NCBI RefSeq assembly: GCF_008831285.2
Contig: NC_045138.2
Coordinates: 33,232,001-33,296,000 of the forward strand
Length of the DNA: 64,000 nucleotides
Direction: 5' to 3'
From: Nymphaea colorata
Lineage: Eukaryota
Of the stretch, positions 1 through 10,700 are shown one piece after another. Position 1 is the stretch's first letter. Every line of letters begins with the position of its first letter. Both the position numbers and the translations under genes were made by a program. Below the pieces are notes generated by a model. It saw only the letters and a program-made list of their open reading frames with translations. It was not told the origin of the DNA and made no database searches.

Positions 1-2069
1 CATCTAGTTGGCCATACATAGGCTATGTCTTCAGTTCACTATTTATTTCAAGTGCATGTGATTGACATTTTTAACTTGATGGTAGGGTCGTTGTCATGCA
101 GTTCCCATGTCTCACGGGACTGCTTCCCACTTGTTGTAAGGGGTTCATCGTATCTTTCCTACCCAAGTTCTTTCATAGTCAATACTTTTGTCGCACACAT
201 AACATCCTAAAACAGACCATAATGTCGATGCATCTAGTTGGCCATGCATCGGCCATGTCTTCAGTCGGCCATTTTTTTCAAGTGCATTTGATTGACGTCT
301 TGAACTTGATAGTAAGTACGTCGCCCCACCAAGATCCATATGTAGTTCTCATCCCTCACGGGACTGCTTCCCCTTTTGTTGTACAGTGTACACCGCATCT
401 TTCCTACCCTAGTTTATTCATAGTCAATACTTTTGTCTTCTACATAACCTCCTAAAACTGACCATTATCTCGATGCATCTAGTTGGCCATGCATCGGCTA
501 TGTCTTCAAATCGTCATTTATTTCAAATGCATGTGATTGACATTTTTAATGTGATGATAGGAACGTTGTCTCATCAAGATCCACTTGCAGTTCCCATGTC
601 TCACGGAACTGCATCCCATTTTGTTGAACAGGGTTCATCGCATCTTTCCTACCCTAGTTTTTTCATAGTCTATACTTTTGTCTTGTACATAACCTCCTAA
701 AACTGACCATTATGCCGATTCATCTAGTTGGCCATGTATCGGCTATGTCTTCAATCCGTCATTTATTTCAAATGCATGTGATTGACATTTTTAACTTGAT
801 GGTAGGGACGTTGCCTCATCAATATCAATATATAGTTCTCATGTCTCACTGGACTGCTTCCCCTCTTATTGTACGGGGTTCATCGTATCCATCCTACCCT
901 AACTTTTTCATAGTCAATACCTTTGTCTCACACATAACCTCCTAAAATTGACCATTATGCCGATGCATTTAGTTCGCCATGCATCAGATATGTCGTCAGT
1001 CAGTCATTTATTTCAAGTGCACTTGATTGACATTTTTAACTTGATGGTGAAGACATTTCCTCAACAACATCGTTTAGCAATTCCCAGGTCTCACGGGACT
1101 GCTTCTCCTCTGGTTGTACGGGTTTCATCGTATCATTTGCGCCCGTAATGAGATGATCACAGATCATTAACAACTCATCCCTTCAATACTCCTTAAGTTA
1201 TAAGTGCCGCTCTCTCTTGCCAAGACGATAAGGCGAGTTGTACAAGATTGTCAATAATAATCCCAAACAAAGTCTATGTTCGTTCATGTCTATTCGTCAA
1301 AAATGTGCTTGCAGATGCAACATCCGCTACTTAATCATGAGAACCAAACAACCATTTATCTCAATTGCACATAGCTGACATTTTAAACTTGATGGTGGGG
1401 ACGTTGTCTCATCAAGATCCTTTTGCAGTTCTCATTGTCTCACGGAACTGCTTCCCCTTTTGTTGTACCGGGTTCATCACATTTTTCCTACCCAAGTTTT
1501 TTCATAGTCAATACCTTTGTCTCACACATGAACTCATAACACTAACCATTACGCCGATGCATCTAGTTGGCCATGCATCGGCTATGTCTTGAGTTCACCA
1601 TTTATTTAATGTGCCTGACATTTTTAACTTGATGGTAAGGACGCTGCCTCATCAATATCCATATGCAGTTCCCATGTCTCACGAGACTGCTTCCCCTCTT
1701 GTTGTACGGGGTTTATTGTATCTTTCCTACTCAAGTTTTTTCATAGTGAATACTTTTGTCTCACACATGACATCCTAAAACTGACCATTATGTCGATGCA
1801 TCTAGTTGGCCATGCATCGGCCATGTCTTCAGTCGGCCATTTATTTCAAGTGTATTTGATTGACCTTTTGAACTTGATAGTAGGGACGTCGCCTCACCAA
1901 GATCCATATGTAGTTCCCATGCCTCACGGGACTGCTTCCCCTTTGTTGTACGGCGTACATTGCATCTTTCCTACCCCCATTTATTCATAGTCAATACTTT
2001 TGTCTCGTACATAACCTCCTAAAACTGACCATTATGCCGATGCATCTAGTTGGTCATGCATCGGCTATG
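1..2069. repeat. Tandem satellite, ~245-bp unit, about 8 copies in the window (continues past the left edge), derived from Ty3/gypsy gag
   Basis: The anchor CATCTAGTTGGCCAT (or a close variant) recurs at 1, 231, 476, 721, 966, 1560, 1799 and 2043 (spacings 230, 245, 245, 245, then 239, 244). The array is broken by non-unit sequence at ~1135-1350. The minus-strand consensus reads (G)RKDTMNPVQQEGKQSRETWELHMDL/MRQRPYHQVKN, resembling gag F.Q.EGE...E.WERFKDLLRQCPHH. Confidence 0.92.
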
Positions 2070-2253
2070 TTTATTCATCACTGTTCATCATTGTTCGTAA
2101 ATATATTACTAAAGTTTGCATTATACATGTGTATGCATTATTATGCACATCGTGTAATATATTTGTCTTATAATGAACCGAAATTATTATTTTGTACACA
2201 TGAACATATGATTTATCCAAGAAACAAAGTTGTCAAAGTCAGGCTGAATGATT

Positions 2254-2332
2254 GAGTCGACCCAACAAGTCGCAGACTCACAAATCAATTCACCACGATT
2301 CGAATCCCGAGTCACTGGGTTTTAAAAACTTG
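2254..2332. mobile_element. Possible right end of a non-autonomous hAT-like element
   Basis: Subterminal GAGTCGAC/GACTC/CGAGTC motifs end in GGTTTTAAAAACTTG (reverse complement CAAGTTTTTAAAACC), a hAT-like terminus. No matching left end is in the window. Confidence 0.3.
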
Positions 2333-2775
2333 TGTTTGACATCATACTCCTTTCGACTCCTCAAGCCCATTACTGCTTTATCATGCATTTAATTTACATC
2401 TACCACGAGGAAACCACCTCTAACAGCATCTCCACATCTAGGATTGACTTGGGAGCCTTCCCGCTTTCCTCCATGCTAATACGTCTAACCTACATCCTTA
2501 ATATTGAGAGAAACTAGGTGTGAAAGTTAACTATTCTCATCATGTTTTTACACTTTCCCAGCCTTGCGCAGTTTCGATTGTCATTTCTGTAGTCTCACGT
2601 GTAAGATCTTGAAAATGGCTTTTGTACCAATGCTTGTAGTTGGCCATGTGAGAAACTCGGCATTGGAACCTTCTCATTATCCTCAACAATAGTAGGTAAT
2701 GCCATTTATAACTTGTTTTAAGTTGGAAATTTTTAGTGGTGAAGATTTGATATTTTCATGCTTATGGTGCAATAG

Positions 2776-3135
2776 GTATTGAAAAAGATATGTGATCATC
2801 CGTCTCTGTTGACTCAAAGGGCAACAGATGATGTGTTGGAAGGGATGGACAAGATGCTTGATGGCGACGATCATGCTCTCATGGAAAAGATGGTGATGGA
2901 TGTTACGAGAATCTCTTCGGAAGATGCACCAAGACAGTTGGGCAATGTTTCATGCAAAATAAATTTTCTGATGTCTTTGCTGGTACGTGCTTCTGGCAAT
3001 GCTTGTCTCTGCTGGTTCCTTTTCCTTGCAAATGTTGAACTTGTTCTGCTAATCACCATGCAGGAAAATTTGGTTGCAGAAGATCATAATGTCCTTGTGT
3101 TTTCTCAGACACGGAAGATGTTAGACATCATTCAG
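2776..3135 (+). pseudogene. CHR24: Orphan two-exon fragment of the SNF2-family chromatin remodeller CHR24 (ERCC6L/PICH-like)
   Basis: Exon 2776-2982 (AG|VLKKICDHPSLLTQRATDDVLEGMD...SCKINFLMSLL|GT) and exon 3064-3135 (CAG|ENLVAEDHNVLVFSQTRKMLDIIQ|GT) match the CHR24 segment LKKICDHP...SCKLSFIMSLLENL...HRVLIFSQTRKMLNLIQ. No downstream helicase-C exons (RIDG, GGLGLTLT) were found in the window. Confidence 0.8.
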
Positions 3136-3879
3136 GTATGGTTTGGCATTGTTTAGAACATGATTTATGCCTATGCCTGGGATTGATCTGTTTGCAAGTT
3201 GAACTAATCGATCTATTTAGGCCGTTGCTTGAATTCAATTAATGAGGTCTTAAACAACTTTTTACCAGCAGGCAAAAAGTTGATTGCCAGCCCAATTTAT
3301 AAACCCTGGGTCCAAGTCTTATCCATTTCTCCATTTAGTTCAAGTCTTCTAAAACACTGTCAATTGCACTATACTCCTGGCTGGGAAGCCATTTTAGCTG
3401 TCAAGCTAAAGGAGGTCAAGGATTTGATGATATGTCTCATGGCATATTAAGGTAGCAAAAATGTTCTTTAGGTTGTGAATACAAGGAGTAGAAGAGAAAA
3501 ATCGGGCAAAAGAAATTGCATGAAAAAGTGAAGGGGACTTATGTATGATGTTTCAGTGAAAGAATCTTGTTCATAGAATGAGGATTTCATTCTGGAGCAA
3601 ATAGAACAAAATTGGACAAATTCATGCAAGTTTAATTGGAATAGCGAAAAAAGCTGGAGGTTTATGGATTGGGAAGGGGTGCAACATTTTCTAGATTTCA
3701 CCACAAAACGTTAGAATGATTATGCTATCTGGGGTTGTAGGTTTTGAATTAGGAATCATACCCTGTCTACCAAACCCTTTTTTATGCTTGTGCTGGTTTT
3801 TCACAACACTTTTAAAACTGCAATGCATAAGACACTGAGTTTCCGCATGAGTATGTCTCATTCACTGTTCAAATGAGTG

Positions 3880-4430
3880 TCAATATTTGCTCCAACTAAT
3901 CTCCAATTTTATCCATCCTTTTGCACCAATAACGCAATGATGATACCTCACATATTCCTCATTGATTGCTCCCAAAGACATCCATGGCGCTCTCTCCTGC
4001 ATAGATGATGAGGCAGGATGTGTAAAATTGTTATTAAGTCTCAAACAAAGTTGATGCTTCTTCATTGCTTTTCATCATGAATGTGCCCCAGATGCTGCAT
4101 CTACCATTTGTCTATGCTTATGAGTTAACTTATCATAATAATATTCCATCAACTGCTATTTTGGATTTTGATTGTGGGGACATTGCCACATAAGATCCTT
4201 GAGTGGTTCCCACATCTCAAGGGATTACTCCCCAGTCCCCCTCTTCTTGTACATCATTGGTTGTAGTTTTTCCATATTGGTTCATTTTACCTATGGCAAA
4301 ATCTTGTTTCAAAAACTCTTTATGCATCTCCATATAGTAATTAAAACATTACCCAAGGATTTCTTACTCGTGTTCTGCCTTATCTTTCAATGAAAAGGAA
4401 AAATCTAAAATACAATATGAATGCTGATGC
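3880..4430 (-). mobile_element. Decayed Ty3/gypsy (Athila-like) gag fragment
   Basis: Minus-strand translation across frameshifts and stops: FSLKDKAEH...MEMHKEFLKQDFAIGK...VQEEG / LEMWEPLKDLMWQCPHNQNPK*QLMEYYYDKLTHKHRQMVDAASG / TFMMKSNEEASTLFET. These are the Retrotrans_gag motifs FPFSLKDKA, WERFKDLLRQCPHH and MVDAASGGTFM. Confidence 0.85.
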
Positions 4431-4842
4431 TAGAGGGATATTCATAAAGGCAACAAATGTTGCAGCTGAGTAATATATCTGAAAACTAAAAAACCCATTT
4501 ATGAAGAGCTGTTATAATTTGCCTATACAACGGAAGCTATGGATGTAAAAATATTGTCATATGGATGGCAATAAGAAGCAGTACAGAATTTTACAACAAT
4601 CAACAGTATTTTCAAGCATGGAATAGAGATAACCGCTAGATCAGCAACAAACAAGCCACAACTACGCAAAACATTTGCAAATAAAAGGAGGCAGTCTAAG
4701 ATGATCATCAATCAGATAAATGACAACATGGTTCTCCAAACAAAGCACAGAATGGACACAGGATAAATGTGAAGGACCTTCAGCAGCCTACTATAGAATA
4801 TTACTTCACCTTGGAAAAGAAAACCTCATGTAGCACATGTAC

Positions 4843-5313
4843 CTTTCCAAACCTCTCAAGAATGATAGATATATCCCCGTTTTCCAGTGCACTAAGGCCC
4901 CATGACTACATACCACTGCTTACCGACGAGTGGCTCTATGACCTATTATATACAAGTGCTCCATTTAATTTGACTAGATTGTTTTGCAAAAAACCAATTA
5001 TCTTATGATATATATAGAGAGAAAATTCCTGACCTCCCCACCACACTGTGATCTTGGTAATCTTGATGTAGATGATTCCTTCTTCACAGCAAGACCAGCC
5101 TCTTCGAGATCTGCCCACAATTTGTTGAAAGCTTCAAACAATCAAGTCCACTGAAATAACAAAGTAGGAGTCTCAGGCATCCGTAAGATCAATTCCATCC
5201 TTGTTAATGACATTTAGTATTGGGATGCCCAATTTTCTTGCAAGACCATAATCATTATGATCATGTACAGGGTTTATCTTCAGCAGTCCAGTTCCAAATT
5301 ATTTGTCAACATA
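4843..5313 (-). pseudogene. Three-exon disabled fragment of organellar valyl-tRNA synthetase
   Basis: Exon ~5313-5195 reads YVDK*FGTGLLKINPVHDHNDYGLARKLGIPILNVINKDG (stop at 5299-5301). Exon 5150-5034 reads GLD/FEAFNKLWADLEEAGLAVKKESSTSRLPRSQCGGE (1-bp frameshift). Exon 4942-4843 reads VIEPLVGKQWYVVMGP*/ALENGDISIILERFGK. This matches ValRS FGTG.LKI.P.HD.ND...RSQRGGEVIEPLVSKQW. Splice sites around exons 2 and 3 are retained. Confidence 0.88.
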
Positions 5314-5516
5314 TGGCCTCAGAGGATTTCAGCAAATTAATTTTTCATGTATATTAAACAATTTAAAGACAAACTATCTTGCAAAAGTAGGATGTAGATG
5401 CACAGGTAACAAACAGCTATAGGATATGCAATAAGAGCAATAAAGGCATCTATCTACTTCAGAAGCATCCAATCCTTCAAAATACTAAAAGAACAAAAAC
5501 TAATTTGAAGGGGTAC

Positions 5517-5606
5517 CATTGAATCCCTTGACTGCCGCTTGGATGACATCTTTCGTGTGATTCTCATAAACGCTCAAGTTCGTGCAAGTCTCGTCGAACA
5601 CGCAAT
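5517..5606 (-). pseudogene. Isolated motor-domain exon of a kinesin-7 (CENP-E/KIN7N-like)
   Basis: CAG|(D)CVFDETCTNLSVYENHTKDVIQAAVKGFN(G)|GT, 90 bp. It is preceded by a donor at 5708 (VSFAL G|GTAAA). It resembles kinesin-7 FDHVFDE...N.SVY...TKDII.AAV.GFNGT. The P-loop exon (AYGQTSSGKT) is absent. Confidence 0.75.
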
Positions 5607-6044
5607 CTGCACAGTCAGACCAAGAGCCCCGTTCAGCGTTTTTGCACTGTAAGAGGGAACCGCAGAGAAGAGAAGAACCTGCAGGACGGGAGGGAAAAGG
5701 AGTTTACCCAAAGCGAAGGAGACGGACCGATCGATCGATCACTAAATAGTGAAATCGCGAATCGATGGATCGACGAGCGAGGGACGAGGCCGATCGAACT
5801 CTTCTCCACTTCGCTACTATGTCTATCGTCCTTTTAGATGCCCCCCCCCCTTCCAAGCAATGAACATAGCGATCGACCTGCATTGGTCTTGTGGGTTAAA
5901 ATTTTTCTCAAGCCCTAATGAGAGCGCAGAAACGCTGAAAGAGCGAGGGAGGAGGAAGGAAACTCACCAGCCGAAGGATGATGGATAGGAGCTGCTGCTC
6001 GTAATTTGGAAGGATGAACAGCAGCAACCCACCGATGCAATATG

Positions 6045-6119
6045 CAGCCTCCTCCATCGTCGCGCCATCGAGGATCCAGCCTCCTCCATCGTCGCGCCAT
6101 CTAGGATCCAGCCTCCTCC
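6045..6119. repeat. 32-bp GC-rich direct repeat, ~2.3 copies
   Basis: CAGCCTCCTCCATCGTCGCGCCATCGAGGATC starts at 6045, 6077 and 6109. Confidence 0.9.
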
Positions 6120-6164
6120 CATCGAGAGAGAAGGAGAGGGTGTGCTTTCTTTCCCCGGAACTCG

Positions 6165-6172
6165 GCGGGAAA
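6165..6172 (-). promoter_or_regulatory. Canonical E2F site TTTCCCGC
   Basis: GCGGGAAA on the + strand equals TTTCCCGC on the - strand. It lies in a GC-rich, 5'-UTR-like block upstream of the captured exons. Function is unproven. Confidence 0.35.
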
Positions 6173-7673
6173 AGGAAAGCCCTCGTAACAGAATGGCGGT
6201 TGAGAAGTGTTTCTTGAACTTCTTGATTTATTGCGACCCCTTTTCATTCTAACTTTGGAAAAATTATAAAGAGGCGCCCACAGCCGCTCAACTTTTCAAA
6301 CACCACAATGATACCCCCCAAATTTTGCACGAAGTCACAAACACTTAAAATAACAGAAAAAATAATAAAAATGCCACTTATCATTTTTTTCTAAAAATTT
6401 AACATAAAAATGAGAAGGTGATCAAAAAATTTTAAAAATTTAAATTTTATTTCGGGTACTGTATGATATTTCATGCTCATCAAACGTGCCCCTTAAGTTA
6501 TTGCTAGTAATCCTTGTTGGTTGAATAAGTGTGTATCAGCCGATTCCCTCCATTTTTTATTTTTAAATCAGTTTAAAATATTTTAAACTATTTTTTAATT
6601 TAAATAAGAAGTTAGCCCCTCTTGTATTTTATAATTTAAATAAGAAATTATGTTTGATTTTGTGTATGAATAGAGTTCATGTCTGCAAATGTACTAACCA
6701 AATTTGCCCTAATTAAGAGACTATTTAATAAGAAGAAACATGTGTTTTTGAATTATATGGTGTGAAAATGCTACGCTTTTTTTGCGTGATTATGGATATT
6801 ATTTTGTAACCAAACAATCAAAGCTTAGCTATAATCATTCTATATTTTCTGAAACAATAAGCAGCGTTCTTTTTTTTCCTTTAGTTGAAGGAGAGAGAAA
6901 TTGGGGATGTTGAGCGCTGGGTCCGAGATGCAGACTCCGTTGAAGCACGCTTGGAGACTGAGAATTGTTTGTTTGACCGGATCGAATATGGGTCCGGTTG
7001 ACCAGGTCAGGCTCGGGCAGCACTTCCTTGTTCCCTCTTCGATCAAACTCGCTTAGACCCTAAAATTTTGACCAAAACGATGGTCAGTAGTCCACATACT
7101 CTGTCGCTGAGTAAAATTTCCTCTATGCCCAAGATCTCCTAAACAAACTGCTGAGATGCCATTCCCTTTCTCAGGACCGAAGAACAGATTACCAAATTCT
7201 CAAGTTGGTTTATTATTTTCTTTTATTTTTCTATAATCGGTTTAATTTGGTGCAAACAGATAAGGCAGTAATTTTTTTTTTTTTGAAATGGTTTCTGTGA
7301 AGATAAATGAAACACCGTTAGATGGTAAAGATTAAGGGACATGTTATTTTATTGATATTGGATCTGGTTACATCAACCAGACATTGGGAACTCAAGAGAT
7401 GCATAGCAAAACCAAGAGGTGCTTGGGTGGTTGTTTGGCAATAATAACGGTATGACACACTGTGCCTCAAGATAATCATTGACAAGAATCTTATGTGCAG
7501 AAAATATACATTATACATGCTTCCTGGTCGACTTTCTTCACTATCTTTAAAGCCTTTTATCATCATATTAGAGCCACCCAGACCCTCAGATTTCCCCTCT
7601 AGTGCCTAACGGCCATGGCCCTCCAACTAACGAGTTTCCTTTGTCATATGTGAATTTTTTTATTGAAGAAAAG

Positions 7674-7699
<26 letters not shown>

Positions 7700-7710
<11 letters not shown>

Positions 7711-10700
7711 CTGTGACTTAAATGGCAGGGCAAGTTGAAAATTTTGTCTTTATAACAAATGCTGGACAAAATTATGAACAAGGACTCTTTGTTCTTAGGA
7801 ATCTTGTCCTAAGGACAAGTGTCTTGAGAACAGTTGTCCTTGCAACCAAAAGGTATTTATTATTTAAGAGGTCTAACATGGGCTTCATCCCCTCTCACAT
7901 GATGAAGGGGCTAGTCACATGCTTTGTTCTAACAAAGACACTACTTGCCTATCTTTGCGCAAGTCATTGCCTACCTAATAATCAGCCAAGATTTAGGTAA
8001 AAATTCACACAAATCAATTTGGATGCCATAACATTGTTAGGAACACTAATAAAAACTTGATTTTGCAGTAGAAAACTATATCAAACTACTGTGCGGAAGG
8101 AAAGGACAGCCTTGCTGTTCCAAAACCAACGGACATCCGCAAGAACATTCATCAAACAGTTCCCTAAGCAAACCTTAAAAGGAAATAACAAGAGCCTTCA
8201 TAAGAAAACAAATTCAGATAAATTGGCAACCCGAGACAGCAAAGTATTTTACACTACTCTGAAAAAGTTAAAAATAGAACGAGCTTTTAGGTTCCAGGTT
8301 CCATCTAACCGTAGACCAGCTAGATTTTCAACTGCATCACCAGCTAGATTTTCAACTGCATCGACTACAACCAGGACCACCAACAAGTCGGGACCTGAAG
8401 CCAGTCCAGTAGGGATGACAATGGTCGTACTGGCTAGCTTAGAAACAGAACCAAGATGACAGGACTTGTATTCAGAAAGATCCAGTTTGTACACAAGTTT
8501 GTTGTGTACTGGATACATGTTCAGGAGGCAACAAGGATCTCATCCCAATGTAAATTTTCAAACTTCAACCTAGTTGAACCAGAATCTAGTACCAAAATTT
8601 AGAACTATGTCCTCAACTGAATCTGAAATAAGTAGATTGGACATGGTAAAGCCTGATTTAAATACCAAGTATAACCCTTTCTTATACCAGGATTCAGCCT
8701 CCCCCCTCCAAAAAACCCTTGCCAAAACCTGGAGAAAAACCAGTCAAAGATCTTGAAAAATGTTTTGAAGGTTGTTTTGCCTTTGAAACATATTTTTCGA
8801 GCGGGTAGCCAAACACCCCATTTTTTGATCAATTTTAGTATTTATTTAGGATTTTTTCAATTCAACATAGTTTATATAGAAAAGTAGAACAAAAATAGCA
8901 CACCACAAAAACAATTTCTCCTAATGACCACATCAACACACAACCACATCAACACGCAACACAACCAGCAGACCCACAAACCTTTTCAGATTTTATTTAT
9001 CAAAAAATAGAGTAAAGACATTGAAAAATGGAAACCAATCAACCATTCGACAAGGCTCCTAAACAAACCATGCCACAATGAAAGTGAGAACTAAACACGA
9101 CAAGAACTATGTTACAAAACCACTAAAGCAGAAAAAAAAAAGAAAGAAAAGAATGAACCACTATAAAATCTAACCAACAATTGCCCAACTAAACAAAACT
9201 CAAAAAAGTGTAACTAAACATCCTATTGAAAACAAATCAAACAAATAACCCTCACCTATGCTGGACATGTAAAATACCTGACTGAGAAACAAGACTAGTC
9301 AATTTTGCAAAATGACTGAGAAACAAGACTAGTCAATTTTGCAAAATGACTGAGAAACAAGACTAGTCAATTTTGCAAAAAACGTCAACATTCAAATCGA
9401 CCAGTGCTTTTGAAAAAAACTACCCTAAGTCTAGGTTATGCAGATTGAAGACACTCATTAAGATGGAATAATAGGTCAAGTTTCATATCTTGTCCCACAT
9501 GGTCTACCTCTCCTGAGACAAAGGAAATAATGGAGAATTTGTCACATTCAACATGACGGACTAGGTTTGAGGGGTTTCATCTATTCTATGTATGGAATAA
9601 GAGATGTCAAGTTTTTACTGTGAAATACTTTAAAAAATAATCAATTTAACTCATAAGCTTGAGTGCTTGTGTTGTGCAAATAATATGACCTTCATTTACA
9701 CACAGTACCTATCAAGTATCAAGTTTCATTTCGCATCAATGTTGCCGATGCTCTAGAAGGGATGCCTTTCAATTTCCGAAATATGAAGATAAAGGAATCA
9801 TCCTCGACCTCTTAGATAATAAAAAAAGGAGCAGATATTGAATCCAAAATCACACATCCACGAAAGATTGTCCCATTCAATCCTTAAGAGTTCAGCCTTC
9901 ATGTCTTTCACCTCTTGGCAGGCACCTTTTGCTTTTTTTTTTTCTTTTTTTTTTCTTTTTTTTTTCTTTCTTTTGCATTTGGCTTTTTGCATTTTGATTT
10001 TTTTTTCTTGCCTTTGATTCTTTTTCAGGCCGACCTTCACCTTTAAGGGAATACCTCACCACCCCAAAGGCTACTACGAAGCTCCACCGCTTTGGTGGTT
10101 ATGTGTAGCTTTGTCACATCTCCAACCCGCTTCACCTTACGGGTTTTCGACATGCCAAAGGTTCATAAGTCATCATCTTCGCGGAATAGACATAAATCAC
10201 CTATATGCCTACCCGGTACTCTTGATTACTGACTCATATGAACGACTACACAAGCCCCGAGCCCATCTCTCAACTCTCATTTTGCTACCTGCCAAGATCT
10301 TACAGAGCATTATGGCTTCTCTCTTAGGATATTTTCATGCTAAATCCTTGTAGATGCTTAATCATCAGAGTCAATAGCATTTCCTAATCTTAATTTTCTC
10401 AGTTTCATAGGATTTTTCCTTACTACTCATATCCAAAAATTTTTCAGTTTTCCTCTTCTATTGATTGACAACAGAAACTTGAAATTCTCCATCTACTCGG
10501 GGAGGTACTAAGAATAAAGCAAAGGCATTATCGTTGTGTGAGAAAACACTTTTCAAACGTTTTTAAACAGAATTGAAGATTTTCTCTTTTATCAAAGTTC
10601 TTGACATCAAATGCTATTTCACCAGGAGGAAGGAACTTTACTCACCTAAAGATAAGGCTGAATCCTGAAATTTTGTGGGCTGACATTAGTGATACTAGGG

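Noticed and set aside
25..2255. Series of similar 60-120 aa plus-strand ORFs (MHLVGHASAMSS...) as a tandem peptide gene family
   Set aside because: They are by-products of the 245-bp repeat. The unit is not a multiple of 3, frames and stops vary between copies, and the recognisable homology is to gag on the opposite strand.
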